Positions 12,070 to 23,123 of a stretch of DNA of 64,000 bases are shown piece by piece (within the stretch, counting starts at the first letter, position 1; the number at the start of each line of letters is the position of its first letter). A program made the position numbers and the translations under genes. Source of the stretch: Camelus dromedarius (lineage: Eukaryota); the NCBI RefSeq assembly GCF_036321535.1, contig NC_087437.1, positions 120,034,001-120,098,000 on the forward strand, read 5' to 3'. The notes below the pieces were generated by a model. That model ran no database searches, was not told the origin of the DNA, and was given only the letters and a program-made list of their open reading frames with translations.

Positions 12070-14742
12070 GTGAGCGCTCGCGCCAGTCCCCTCTTCACGC
12101 TCAGCGGTGCCCTGTGCATGCCGGCTCCAGTCCCCGTGAGGCTGCGGGTTCAGCGTGAAGTGTCTATGCGGTTATTACGTGTCAGTGCTCAGAAGATGAG
12201 CTGTAGAATTGTTCGAGTCATTTCCTAACTGATACTGAGATTGCTGGTAGTTCTGACTCCCCCAAGTCACAGTTTCTCGGGCATTTACCTTTTTCAGGTC
12301 AGTGTTAGTGAGTATTGTTGCTTTTAAAGAAAAGCTGGTTGTTGTGGATAACGACAGATGCCCGCGTGGCCTGGCTGCGGACGTGAGCAGGACCCGTGTG
12401 GTTGCATGTCCCCAGGTGTGGTGGCACAGCAGCGTATCCGGTGATGTGCAGGGCGCCAGGGCAGTGCTGTCTGCACCTTTCCTGCTCGCCCCTGGGGACG
12501 GCGTCTACACAGCTTTCTTCGATAATGCGGTGGCTTCTTAAGTGCCCTCCCACTGCCCCTGAGGCTTGATTTCCCTTGAAGCTGCAGGTGAAGCCCGGGT
12601 GTTTTGTGTTCTGTGGCCCAAAGGAGCTGGGGGCCAGGGAGGCACGTGCAGCCTTTCTGGGGACCTGAGGACGTGGGAAGGCTGTGTGCTGGAAGGCTGT
12701 GTGCAGGGAAAGGACGGGGCTCGGCTCAGGCCCCTCTGGCTCAGGCCCCTCTGGCTCAGGCCTGGGGCTCGTTTCCATCGCGGGCACTCACCTGCCTTTG
12801 CAGGAGGTGGTCACGATGCCCAGCTCCCTGCTCCAGGGTTTAGGGATCAAGGCACCCCCCTCAAGCCCGGGGCAGGGCACCTCCCCCACCCATCACTCCC
12901 CGCTTGGTGAGGTCCCGGGGGCATTCATGACCCGAGGCTGTGCCCCCTCTTCCCAACATGTCTCTCCGTGGTGGACAGTTTTGCACTATTCCTGGTATGT
13001 TTCCCGTTGCGGCGATTTTGTTTGTTTTTGTTGGCTTTTTAAAAATTCTCGGTGTTTTTTGCTCCCTATCGGTGGGGAGCTCAGTTTCAGCTGCTTTCCT
13101 CACCAGGAGGTCCTTTGCTATTCCCAAGTGATTTTGTTTCTAAAATGCAAATCCAGCAGTGTCCCCTCCTGTCCCTGGGCCCTGCCCTGGCTCTGCCTGC
13201 CCCACCCCGTGTCCCTCTGCCCTGTGGCCCCAGGCCCCCCCTTCGCTCTGCTTCCTGTCCTGCAGGTCTTTGCCGTCTGCCAGGACTCCCCCCGCCTGGT
13301 CACCACTGCAGCCCGCTCCCCGTTTGCCAGCTGCCCCCCCATCTCTGTTCTTCGTAGCAGAGCCCACCTTCCCACAAACTTCTGTGTCCACCCTCCTCCG
13401 GCCGGCGCAGCCCCGATGCGGTGGGCGTCCGGTGCGGGGCCAGGCACAGTGGGGGAGAGGCCTTGCTTTCAGGAGCTAAGCCTTTCCCGTGACGTGGAAG
13501 CCTCTTTGTGAGCATGATTTTAAGTAAGCATTTAATACTCTGCGGTGTAGACAGGCCACACTGACTTAGCATCCTCCGAGGCTGAACATTTAGGTTTCTC
13601 TTTTTTCACAATCAGTTTTTAAAAACCCTGAAGTAAATCTTTTAAGGCTTTTTTTATAGTGCTGTCAGATTTCCCTCCAGAAAGACTGTGTTCGACTTGG
13701 CTTTAGTTAGTTGCTTTAGGTTTGTTTTTTTAAGAGAGAAACAACTCCCACGTAGGCTGTCCCACCCCACGGCAGCGGAGTGGCAGTGGCCACCCGCCCT
13801 CGGGGCCCTCAGGGCCCAGGCCGAGGCCAGAGCCTGGGCCTGCAGGGCTGCTCCCTTGGCCCCTCCCCCAAGCGTCAGGCGGGGTTCCTGGCAGGGGTGC
13901 AGGCTCTCCCAGCATCCGAGGATGAGCCCCCCCACCTCACCCCCAAGTTTCCCCAACAGGCTGCTTCCCTGAGGGGCAGGTGGATCCCAGACAACCCTGT
14001 CCTGAGGAAGCCGAGCTTGGGGGCAGTAACCTGCTCAGGGATCATTAGAAGTTTACTGCAGCAATTTTGTTTCATTTGTAAACTGAATTCTTTACGTTTA
14101 AGGATTTAAATACTCTCCTCTTAAGTTACAAACAACACAGTTAGTTTAAAGCAATTTAAAAGATCATATCTTTAAGGCTTCCTCTTATGTTTAATACCGT
14201 TTCTTTAGACACAGCTGGTCTTTGCTTTCTGGATGTAGTGACTTTTCTTAACATTTGTATAGCTTGCGTATTCCTGAGGTGTAAGGATCGGTGAGGGAGG
14301 AGGATTTCAGCCCTGTCACGAGCACGTGGCATGCTGGATTTGAGTTGTTTTGCGACAGGACGAGCAGGGCGTGGACTAGTGGCTTGCCCTGCTCCTGCTG
14401 TGGTGGCACTTAGTGTGAGGACGCACCGTGGGCGGGGAGAGTGAGACAGTGTGGGTCCCATTGCCGCAGGGCTGTGTGATCACTATGGTTTTGAAAACCA
14501 TAAGCATTTCACAGATTTTGATCCTCTCAGTGCTTAAATGGTTTGGGAATTTTACCTTCGTTTTGGCCATTTAAAAGCATATTAAATTCGCAGGAGATTT
14601 GGTGGTGGTGTTCTGTACGTATTATTGCCACTGGTAACTGTCTGGCAGTTTACTGTTTTACTGCCTTCCTATTTGAGAATAGAATACTTAGTGACAGCTC
14701 ATTTTGTGTTTAGTAACAAAAATTCCCTTCCTCCTTCCACAG

Positions 14743-14870
14743 ATGCAAGTAGTAACAGAGTTAAAAACCGAGCAAGACCCCAATTGCTCTGAACCAGATG
14801 TGGAAGGAGTGAGCCCTCCCCCCGTGGGGTCCCAGACACCGATGGATGCAGACAAGCAGGCCATTTATAG
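14743..14870 (+). CDS. PKNOX1: PKNOX1 exon 3: MQVVTELKTEQDPNCSEPD...DKQAIY(R)
   Basis: Acceptor ccttccacag, donor AG|gtaacg, 128 nt, translation matches PKNOX1. Confidence 0.96.
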
Positions 14871-15089
14871 GTAACGATGAGACGTGGGGCATAGGGGTGT
14901 ACAGAGGAGCAGTGAGAACAGAAAACCTTGTTAAATGGGACATGAGCTATTAAAGGCAGAGTAGTAAGGCATAATGTGCTAATTGCTGGGTGAAAGCTTT
15001 CTCACATTATGACGTTTTTCCTAATATCTTTAAAAAAAAAAAAGTTTGGGAATGTAAATCTACATTTTAGTCAGCCTTGCAGAAAGAAA

Positions 15090-16815
15090 CCTTGAGGCCC
15101 AGATGGTTGTGCTGGCGAATTCTACAGAAATACAGAGAAGAAACAAACAGCGAGTCTACGCAGTCTCATCCAGAGGAGAGAAGACGAGGGAACACCCTGA
15201 ACTCCTTTTATGAATTGAGGATCCTACTGATACTGAAGCCTGACAAAGACAATACAAAAAAGAAGAGTGAAGACCAGTATGCCTCATGAACTTAGACATT
15301 AAAGTCATCAATAAAATAGTAACAAATAAAATCTGGCAACATATAAAAAGAACATTTAGTGACCAAGTGGACTTTATCCCAAGAGTGCAGGACTGGTTCA
15401 TCATTCAGAGATCAACCAATGAGAAACACAATGTCATCATACCAAGCAATGCAGAGAAGCATTTGACAGAGGTCAATAGCCAGTTACCATTAAAAACCCT
15501 CAACAAAGCCATAATAGAGGGGACTTTCTTAACCTGAGGAAGGGCAACTGAAAAAAACCTACAGCTCACCTCGTGCTTACTGGTGAAAGAGAGAATGTTT
15601 CCCCTTGAGATTGGGAATCATGCAGAGGTGTCCACTCTGACTTCCTGTTCAGCACAGTAGTGAATGTTTCACCAGTTCAGTGAGGCAAAGAAAAAAGAAA
15701 AGGCTTATCAGATTAGAAAGGAAGAAATGAAACTGGCTTTATGCCTAAGTAACATGATTATCTATATATAGAAAATCACGAAGAGTGTACCAAAAGCTAC
15801 CAGAACTAAATAATTGAGTTAATAAGGCCACAGGTTGTAAGAGGAATGCAGAGAAACCATTCCTGTTTCTGTACCAGTAATGTACAACTGGAAACTGAAA
15901 TTAAAAAGATAATAGCATTTACAAGAGCGCCAAAAAAATTTAGATATAAAGCTACCAAAACACATACAGAACCTTTATGCTGAAAACTATAAAATGCCAC
16001 TATAAGCCATCAAAGAACACCTACATAAAGGACATACCATGTTCATGGATTGGAAGACTCAACATGGTAAAGATGTCATTTCTCCTAAAATTGATGTATA
16101 GCTCTATAGCAATCCCAGTTAAAGTCTTTGCAGGATATTTTTGTACATGTAGACAAGTTAATTCTAAATTTTACATGAAAGTCAAGAGAACTAGACCAGC
16201 TAAAACAATTTGGAAAAAGAGGAATGAAGTTGGGCAAATCCATCTCCCTGATTTTCTCAGTGGAGAAAAAGTAGACTTTTCAACAAATGGTGTTGGAACA
16301 ACTGGACATCCATGTGCAAAGAAAAGATCCTTGACCTAATCTTATATACTATTAAAAAATCTTCTCAAACGGAGTGTGGCTCCAAGGTAAATTTTAAAAC
16401 TGTACAAGTGGTATTAACCAAACAATGGAATGCTACATGGCCACAGAAAGGAATGGAGTACTGACTGGTGTCACAACATGGATGAGCCTTGAAAACATCA
16501 CACTAAGTGAAAGAAGCCAGACATGAAAGGTCACATGGTGTATGACTCCATTTATGGGAAATGTCTAGAACTGGCAGATCTGTAGAGACAGGAGGTAGGT
16601 TAGTGGTGGCCTAGGGCTGGGGTTTGGGGGGAAATGGAGACTGACTGCTAATAGCTGCTGGATTTCTTTTGGGGAAAATGAAAATGTTATAAAATTGACC
16701 GTGGTGAGAGTTGCACATCTCTGTGAGTATACTGAGGCCACTGATGTGTAAGCCGTAGCGAGGGAACCGTGTGACATGTGAGTTACATCGCAGTAGAGCT
16801 GTTATGTAAAATGGT
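15090..16815 (+). mobile_element. Degenerate L1 (ORF2 reverse-transcriptase region plus 3' end)
   Basis: Peptide remnants KPDKD, DQVDFIPRVQDWF and KDIPCSWIGRLNMVKMS; 3' motif atggatgagccttgaaaacatcacactaagtgaaagaagccagac; multiple stops and deletions. Confidence 0.9.
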
Positions 16816-16876
16816 GCATATGTACATACATTCTCAGGGAAATGTACAACATATATTTTTAAAATTTTTCCCCCAG

Positions 16877-17048
16877 GCATCCACTATTTCCATTATTAGC
16901 TTTGTTGTTTGAAAAATGCGAGCAGTCTACCCAGGGCTCGGAAGGCAGCACATCTGCCAGCTTTGACGTGGACATTGAGAATTTCGTAAGGAAACAAGAG
17001 AAGGAAGGAAAACCCTTCTTTTGTGAAGATCCAGAAACTGACAATTTA
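16877..17048 (+). CDS. PKNOX1: PKNOX1 exon 4: HPLFPLLALLFEKCEQ...EDPETDNL (HR1 of the PBX-interaction domain)
   Basis: Acceptor ttcccccag, donor TTA|gtaagt, 172 nt, MEIS/PREP HR1 motif. Confidence 0.97.
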
Positions 17049-18330
17049 GTAAGTAAAAGAAGTGTTTTCATTTTTTATTTCTTCTAAATTTAAAATCTGT
17101 TCACTAAATTTTAAATTTCTAATTAGAACTCTGGGTCGTTTGAAGCTCTGCTGAGGCGGAGGACCGTACAGTTCATGAGTAGCTTACTGTGTGCGGCTGG
17201 AGTGTCCCCAGGTCTCCAGCCTTCCCCCTTCAGAGCCCGCGGGCTCTCGGACCAAAACCATAGGCCCTGACCAGCAGGGAAAGGTCTTTGGAAAACTTTT
17301 CCCTGAAGAAGTTGCCCTGGTCTCAGGTGGCAGTGTTGTCGTGGTTGCTTTTAATTTCTCATTACATATTCGACCCTTACAGCCAAGTGAATTTTACGGG
17401 TGCGTTGTCAGTCGGTCTCCTCACCTTTGAAATGGGACTAACAGCACCTTCCTTTCCAGGGTGAGGACCAGAGGCTGTCTCTGCCTCTGAATCTGTGATG
17501 CAGCCGCCAGCGAGCAGGAAGCAGGTGTGGCCAGCGTGGGCCCGGGCTGCCAGGGGCCGGGCTCTCCTGCCCAGTTCCGTAGCACAGGGCCCGGCAGGCT
17601 TGATGCCTGGTACTCACTCTCGTTATTGACCGGCTGACTGGTTCATTCCCCGACGGTGTGAACCCACCAACAAGGTCACGGGGAAGGAGCTGAGTTTTAG
17701 GCTGAGGGTTCACAGCAAGTGGTGCTCATGGTAACAGGTCTTCGTTAGTGTCAGTTGTCTACCGCTGGGGGCAGATTACTCCCAATGTAGTGACTGCATA
17801 TAAAACCATAGAACTTATAGGGGAATTGTAAGAGAAAATCTTTAGAACCAGGGCTAATCGAGGGCTAGGCAAAGAGTTCTTTGCATGGACACCAAAAGCA
17901 GAAACCATAAAAGGTGGAGTTGGTAAGTTGAACTTCTTCAAAATTAAGAACCTCCTAGGAGGTGGGTCCGGATTCATCCCCATTTAGAGATGAAGAAACA
18001 GGAGCAGAGCGAGGGTAAGCCTGTAGCGAGCCCGTGGTGGGGCTGGGCAGGGGCCCGGCCATCTCCTGGTGCCGTGACTGTCTGGGGCGGTTCAGGGATG
18101 GTCCGTCTTCCCTGCACACCAGGAGGATCCCAAACCCCGAGCCGCAGCCCGATGGGGCTGGAACGATTTGTTGTTCTGCATAATCTCTGGTGTTTTCCCT
18201 CTGTTACTGGCAGTGCGGATGGCCACGCTGCACAATGTTCATGCCAGTGGTCAGCTGTGTGCTGGTACTTGTACCTTACCACTGCGCCACCTTTTTCTTG
18301 TCTGAAAGTCTTGATTTTCTCTGCTTCTAG

Positions 18331-18501
18331 ATGGTGAAAGCAATCCAGGTTTTGCGTATTCATCTCCTTGAGCTGGAGAAGGTTAATGAACTCTGCAAAG
18401 ATTTCTGCAGTCGATATATTGCTTGTCTAAAAACGAAAATGAACAGTGAAACCCTCCTGAGTGGGGAACCCGGAAGCCCATACTCTCCCGTCCAGTCCCA
18501 G
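18331..18501 (+). CDS. PKNOX1: PKNOX1 exon 5: MVKAIQVLRIHLLELEKVNELC...SPVQSQ (HR2)
   Basis: Acceptor gcttctag, donor CAG|gtacta, 171 nt, HR2 motif. Confidence 0.97.
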
Positions 18502-18769
18502 GTACTACGTCCCGGTCCCGGAGCGTCTGCAGGGCTGGCGCGTGTTGCGACACCAGCCCGTCAGAGTTGTGGGCTGTCGTGTGGCTGTGCTGCGCCAAGG
18601 ACCCCCGGGTCCGGGGACCTGGCCTGCTCTGACATTGAATTCCCTCGGGCTGGGAGAGGCCCCAGCTGCTTCTGCAGTGAATGAAGTGAGGCCTCAGTCT
18701 GTGGCCTGGAGCCTGGAGTCCACGTTTCTGGAGACCAGAGTACCATTCATCTCTTTCTTTCTCTTTTTT

Positions 18770-21100
18770 TAAGATGTATTTTTAAAATTGTGGTAGAATA
18801 CACATAGCATAAAGTTTGCCAGCTAACCATTTTAAAGCACTCAGCTAGGTGACATTAAGCGCATTGACACTGTTGTGCAGTCATCACCTCCATCCGCTTC
18901 CAGATTGTTCCATCTTCCCAAACTGAGACCCTGTCCCCAGGAGACACCGACTGCTTTTCCCCCTCCCGCAGCCGCAGCCCCTGCCGCTCCGCTCTGTCTC
19001 TGTGAATGTCACTAACCTGGGTCCCTTGTGAGAGGCAGTCGTACTGTGTGTGTTCTGTGTCTGGCCTGTTTTATGCAGCATGGTGCCCTCAAGCTCGTCG
19101 CTGTCAGTTAGCGCTCTGCAGGCACGTGGTGACATTTCCTGGTGGTTGTGCTTTGCGCATCCCCGATGGCTAGTGGCGTTGCCGTCTGTCACGTGCTCAC
19201 TGTCCATCTGCGCCCTCTTTGGGAGACTGTCCGCTCTTGTCTTCTGCCTGTTTTCTAACTGGATATTTAAAACCTGTTAGCCCCTGAGAGTGTGCTACAC
19301 ACTAGTCCTTTACTGGGCACGTGGTTTACGAATATTTTCTCCAAGTCTGTAGTTTGTCTTTTCATTCTCCTTTTTTGGGGAGGTGTTGGGGATTGAACCG
19401 GGCCTCATGCATGCCAAGCACGTGCTCTACCACTGAACCACACCCTCCCCCCACTTTTCAGCCTCTTAACAAGGTCGTTTGCAGAGCAAACATTTTTAAT
19501 TTTGATAAAATCCCAGTTATCAACTTTTCCTTTTATGAGTCATACTTTCACTGTAAAGTCTAAGAACTCTTTGCCGGGCCCTAGATCCCAAAGATTTTCT
19601 CTCTCTCTCTCTTTTTTAACCTAAAGTTTTATATTTTACGTTTAAACCCGTGGCCCATTTTGAGGTTTGTGCGTTTGCCTCTGGGCGTCCAGTTGCTCCA
19701 GCACCATTTGTCAACAAGGCAGCTCTTCCTGCACTGAGCTGCTTTGCACCTGTGTCCAAAATCAGTTGGGTGTGTTTGCAGGGCCTGTTTCTGTGTTACC
19801 TGCTCTGTACATGTGCCGTGCAGTCTGGATTCCCATGGCTGTGTAAGTCTCAACACTGGGTTCACTGATTCCTCTTGCTTTATTCATCTTTTTCAAAATT
19901 ATTTTAGCTATTCTAGTTCCTTTGCCTTTCCATGTAAATTTTAGAATAATTTTGTGTGTATCTACCAAAAATGTTACTGAGATTTTGATAGGAATTGCAT
20001 TAAACCTGTGCATCATTTTGGGGAGAACTGACATCATTACTTTCTTGACTCTTCCAGTCCACAAACGTGGTGTTCTTTCCATTTATTTATGCTTCTAGGA
20101 TTTCTTTCATCAGTGTTTTGTAGTGTTTGACATACAAGTCCTGCACATGTGTTTTTAGAATTACACCTAAGTATTCCTTTTTTTGACCGGTGTAAATGGT
20201 ACTTTATTTTTAACTTCAGAGTCCATGCTAACATGTAAAAATCCAGTTGATTTTTCCATGTTTACCTTGTATCCTATGACCTCAATGAACTCAATAGTCC
20301 TAGAAGGTCCTTTTTGTAGTTTCTTTGGGTTATCTACCTGTTTAGTTTTGTCGTCTGCAAACAGGGACGGTTCCGTCTCTTCCTTTCTGATCTGTATGCT
20401 TTCTATTTCCTTTTCTTGCCTTGTCGCACTGGACAGAGCGTCCCGTGCTGCCTGAATGGGTGGGGAGAGCGGGCGTCTCCCCAGCTGCAGAGGGAACGCG
20501 TTCCGCCCTTCCTTGTTGGTTACAGTTTTACTGGTAGCTTTTTTTTCTAGATATCCTGTGTCCAGTTAAAGAAGCACCCCTCTGTTCCTGTTTTTCCGGG
20601 AGTTTTTATTACATTAAATTTTGTCAGATGCTTTCCCACGTGAGTTGATATGGTTCTGTGATGTTTCCCCTTTCACCTGCCAGCATGACAGGTGACATTA
20701 CTTGATTTTTTCAATATCGAGCGAGCCTTGCGTTCGTGAAAATGAACTCCACTTGGTCACGGCACATAATTCTTTTATACAGATGCCTTATTCTGTTTGC
20801 TAATATTTTTAAGGCATTTTTGTGTGTACATTAAGGGGCAGTCATCTGTAATTAATCTTTCATGGTATAGTCCTTGGCTAGGTTTGGTTATCAGGATAAT
20901 ACAAATTTCATAAAATGAGTTGGAGAATGTTTTCTCCTCTTCTGTTTTCTGGAGGAGACTGTGTGGAGCTGGCATTAATTCTTCTTTAAATGGTAGACTT
21001 CTCCAGTGACACTACCTAGACCTGAAGATTTCTTTTTGAAAGTTCTAGAAGTGCTAATTCAGCTTCCTTAATAGTTACAGGGCCACTCAGAGTATCTGTC
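18770..21100 (-). mobile_element. Antisense degenerate L1 fragments (3' end and ORF2)
   Basis: Minus-strand peptides HRFNAIPIKI...ILKFTWKGKGTRIAKIILKK and FSNSFYEICIILITKP; T-rich + strand. Confidence 0.85.
19371..19452 (-). mobile_element. Short tRNA-derived SINE (vic-1-like) inserted in the L1
   Basis: ggggattgaacc...ctctaccactgaaccacaccctcccc (reverse B and A boxes); imperfect flanking repeats cttttcattctc / cttttcagcctc. Confidence 0.8.
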
Positions 21101-22012
21101 CCTTCCTTTTGTGTTGCTTTCATTTCTTTCCTCTCTTTCTAGGTTCTTGATGTGGGGCTTAAATCACTGATTTGGGTGGCTTAATTTTGATTCTGACAAG
21201 GGTAATGTGGCAGACTTTCTATATACCTACCAAAGCTTCTGCTTTCAAATTGATGTAGTAGCCCACAGAGTAATTGTCTTTGAAGGATATCCACTGTTTA
21301 GCTGTTCAAGTTCCTGGGTGTCTGCTGCGTGCCAGACCCTGTGCTGGATGCCAGGGGCAGAGATCCCTTCCCTCACCAGTCCCCACCTCACCCTGACTGC
21401 AAATGGATACATTAGCCCTTTAGGATCTGCCTTCACATGAGTGGAAGAGTGGAAGCTCCGACGCGGTGTTTATAGACATGTGCATGGAGCTTACTGTAGG
21501 CCAGGCCCAGGCCCCACACCCCACAAATGTGAACACGAGGGCTTCGACATGGGGAGGGCAGGCACGGAGCGTGCAGGCGCCGGGGTTGACTCCCCAGCCT
21601 GTGGCGTAATCTTTTGGAGAATAGCTCATCCTGTCCGGGAGACTTTGGTTCCTGGAAAAGAGTCTGAGCCAAATTGAATGGAAAAGCTGTGTGATGAGAT
21701 TAGGTAATTTTGGTCTTCCAGGGCCGTAGGGTGTGTTTAGTATGCTGATGAGATGAAAGGTCATCTTTTGGAAGCTCAGTTGAAACTAGTATCTCAGTAT
21801 TGATCATCATACTTAATGTTCAGTCAGTTTTGCCTCCAGGTTTCCAGGTATGTATGTAACGCATGCGTTCCGGAAGGCTTGTCGTCTGATACGCTCTGTG
21901 CCTCAGGCATCTTTCCTTCATTAGTGATACTGTTATGCCACTTGTTCTGAAGTTGTAAACGTGGGTCTCCTGTTTTCTACTCATCCCTTCACTGTGTATC
22001 TGTGACTTACAG

Positions 22013-22112
22013 CAGATTCAAAGTGCCATCACGGGCACTCTCAGCCCCCAAGGAATCGTGGTGCCGGCGTCCGCGCTGCAACAGGGGAACGTAACCATGG
22101 CAACAGTGGCAG
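22013..22112 (+). CDS. PKNOX1: PKNOX1 exon 6: QIQSAITGTLSPQGIVVPASALQQGNVTMATVA(G)
   Basis: Tandem acceptor tacagCAG, donor CAG|gtacga, 100 nt. Confidence 0.95.
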
Positions 22113-23025
22113 GTACGAAGACAGGAATAGGGACACTTTCCTTGAGCTTTTGCAGAAAAAAAAGCCTTTATAGTAGAATGAAGAAGTTCAAAACTACAGG
22201 TTTTAGTTAACGCCGGCTCCCGACAGAGGAGCGCCAAGGCCTGGAGCTCTTTGAATGCCTGATTCTTGTTAATTCTCAGTAACGAATGTTTTATGCAAAT
22301 TGTGTTTTCCTGTCAAAAAGTATTGGGAAGAAAGGTTTTATAGGAGTTAAAAATATATTGCAAAAACAGTTATAATTTTCAAATAACATAGCTTTTAATT
22401 GTGCTCCAGCAGCACTGGAAGATCTTAAGCAGAGCTATTACTTAATGACACGCAGATGAACATGCAGCCTGGAGGTCAGGATTACTTGTTCTAGACGCAC
22501 CACAGACCTCTAGAATCTGTCCCCTTCCTGTAATGGTTTTTGTTGTACGTTGCATACACAGAACCATCATGAAAGTGGAGTGGGGCTTGGGGGGAGTGGA
22601 GCCTTTACACTAAACCCCCCACATAATTGCTCAAAGGGAAGCCTCCATCGGAAGTCGAAAGCACGTTGAATCAAAAAAATAAGTAGAATAAAAGTATTTG
22701 TTGTCAGACACCTTGGCCAAGTCCTTCCCTACACACTGACTGTGGGGAAAGGAGGAAGTAGAGGTGAGCCACGGAAGAGAGGTGCAGACCGCGCCCCTCC
22801 CAGCCCTCCCCCATCCCCTGCCCTGGGTGGTGAGGGGCCACGGCCACCCGCCTGGCACCTGCTCCCCCGCTGGGTGGCAGGTCACCTGGCAGAACACTGT
22901 GGACCATTTGACATGATTTCCAAAGCTTGTACGCCACAGGCTGTGTCCCTTCCTTGAGCACACTGAGAAGACGCTCTCATCGCTGAGTTGTGAGAGGGAT
23001 TTAACTTTCCCTGTTCCTTTTCCAG

Positions 23026-23123
23026 GTGGCACAGTCTACCAGCCTGTCACAGTCGTCACTCCCCAAGGCCAGGTGGTGACCCAGGCATTGTCGCCTGGCA
23101 CGATCAGGATCCAGAACTCCCAG
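23026..23123 (+). CDS. PKNOX1: PKNOX1 exon 7: GTVYQPVTVVTPQGQVVTQALSPGTIRIQNSQ
   Basis: Acceptor ccttttccag, donor CAG|gtgcgg, 98 nt. Confidence 0.96.

Noticed and set aside
15077..16339. ORFs with reverse-transcriptase-like peptides
   Set aside because: Fragmented, frameshifted remnants of an ordinary old L1; not an intact or domesticated gene
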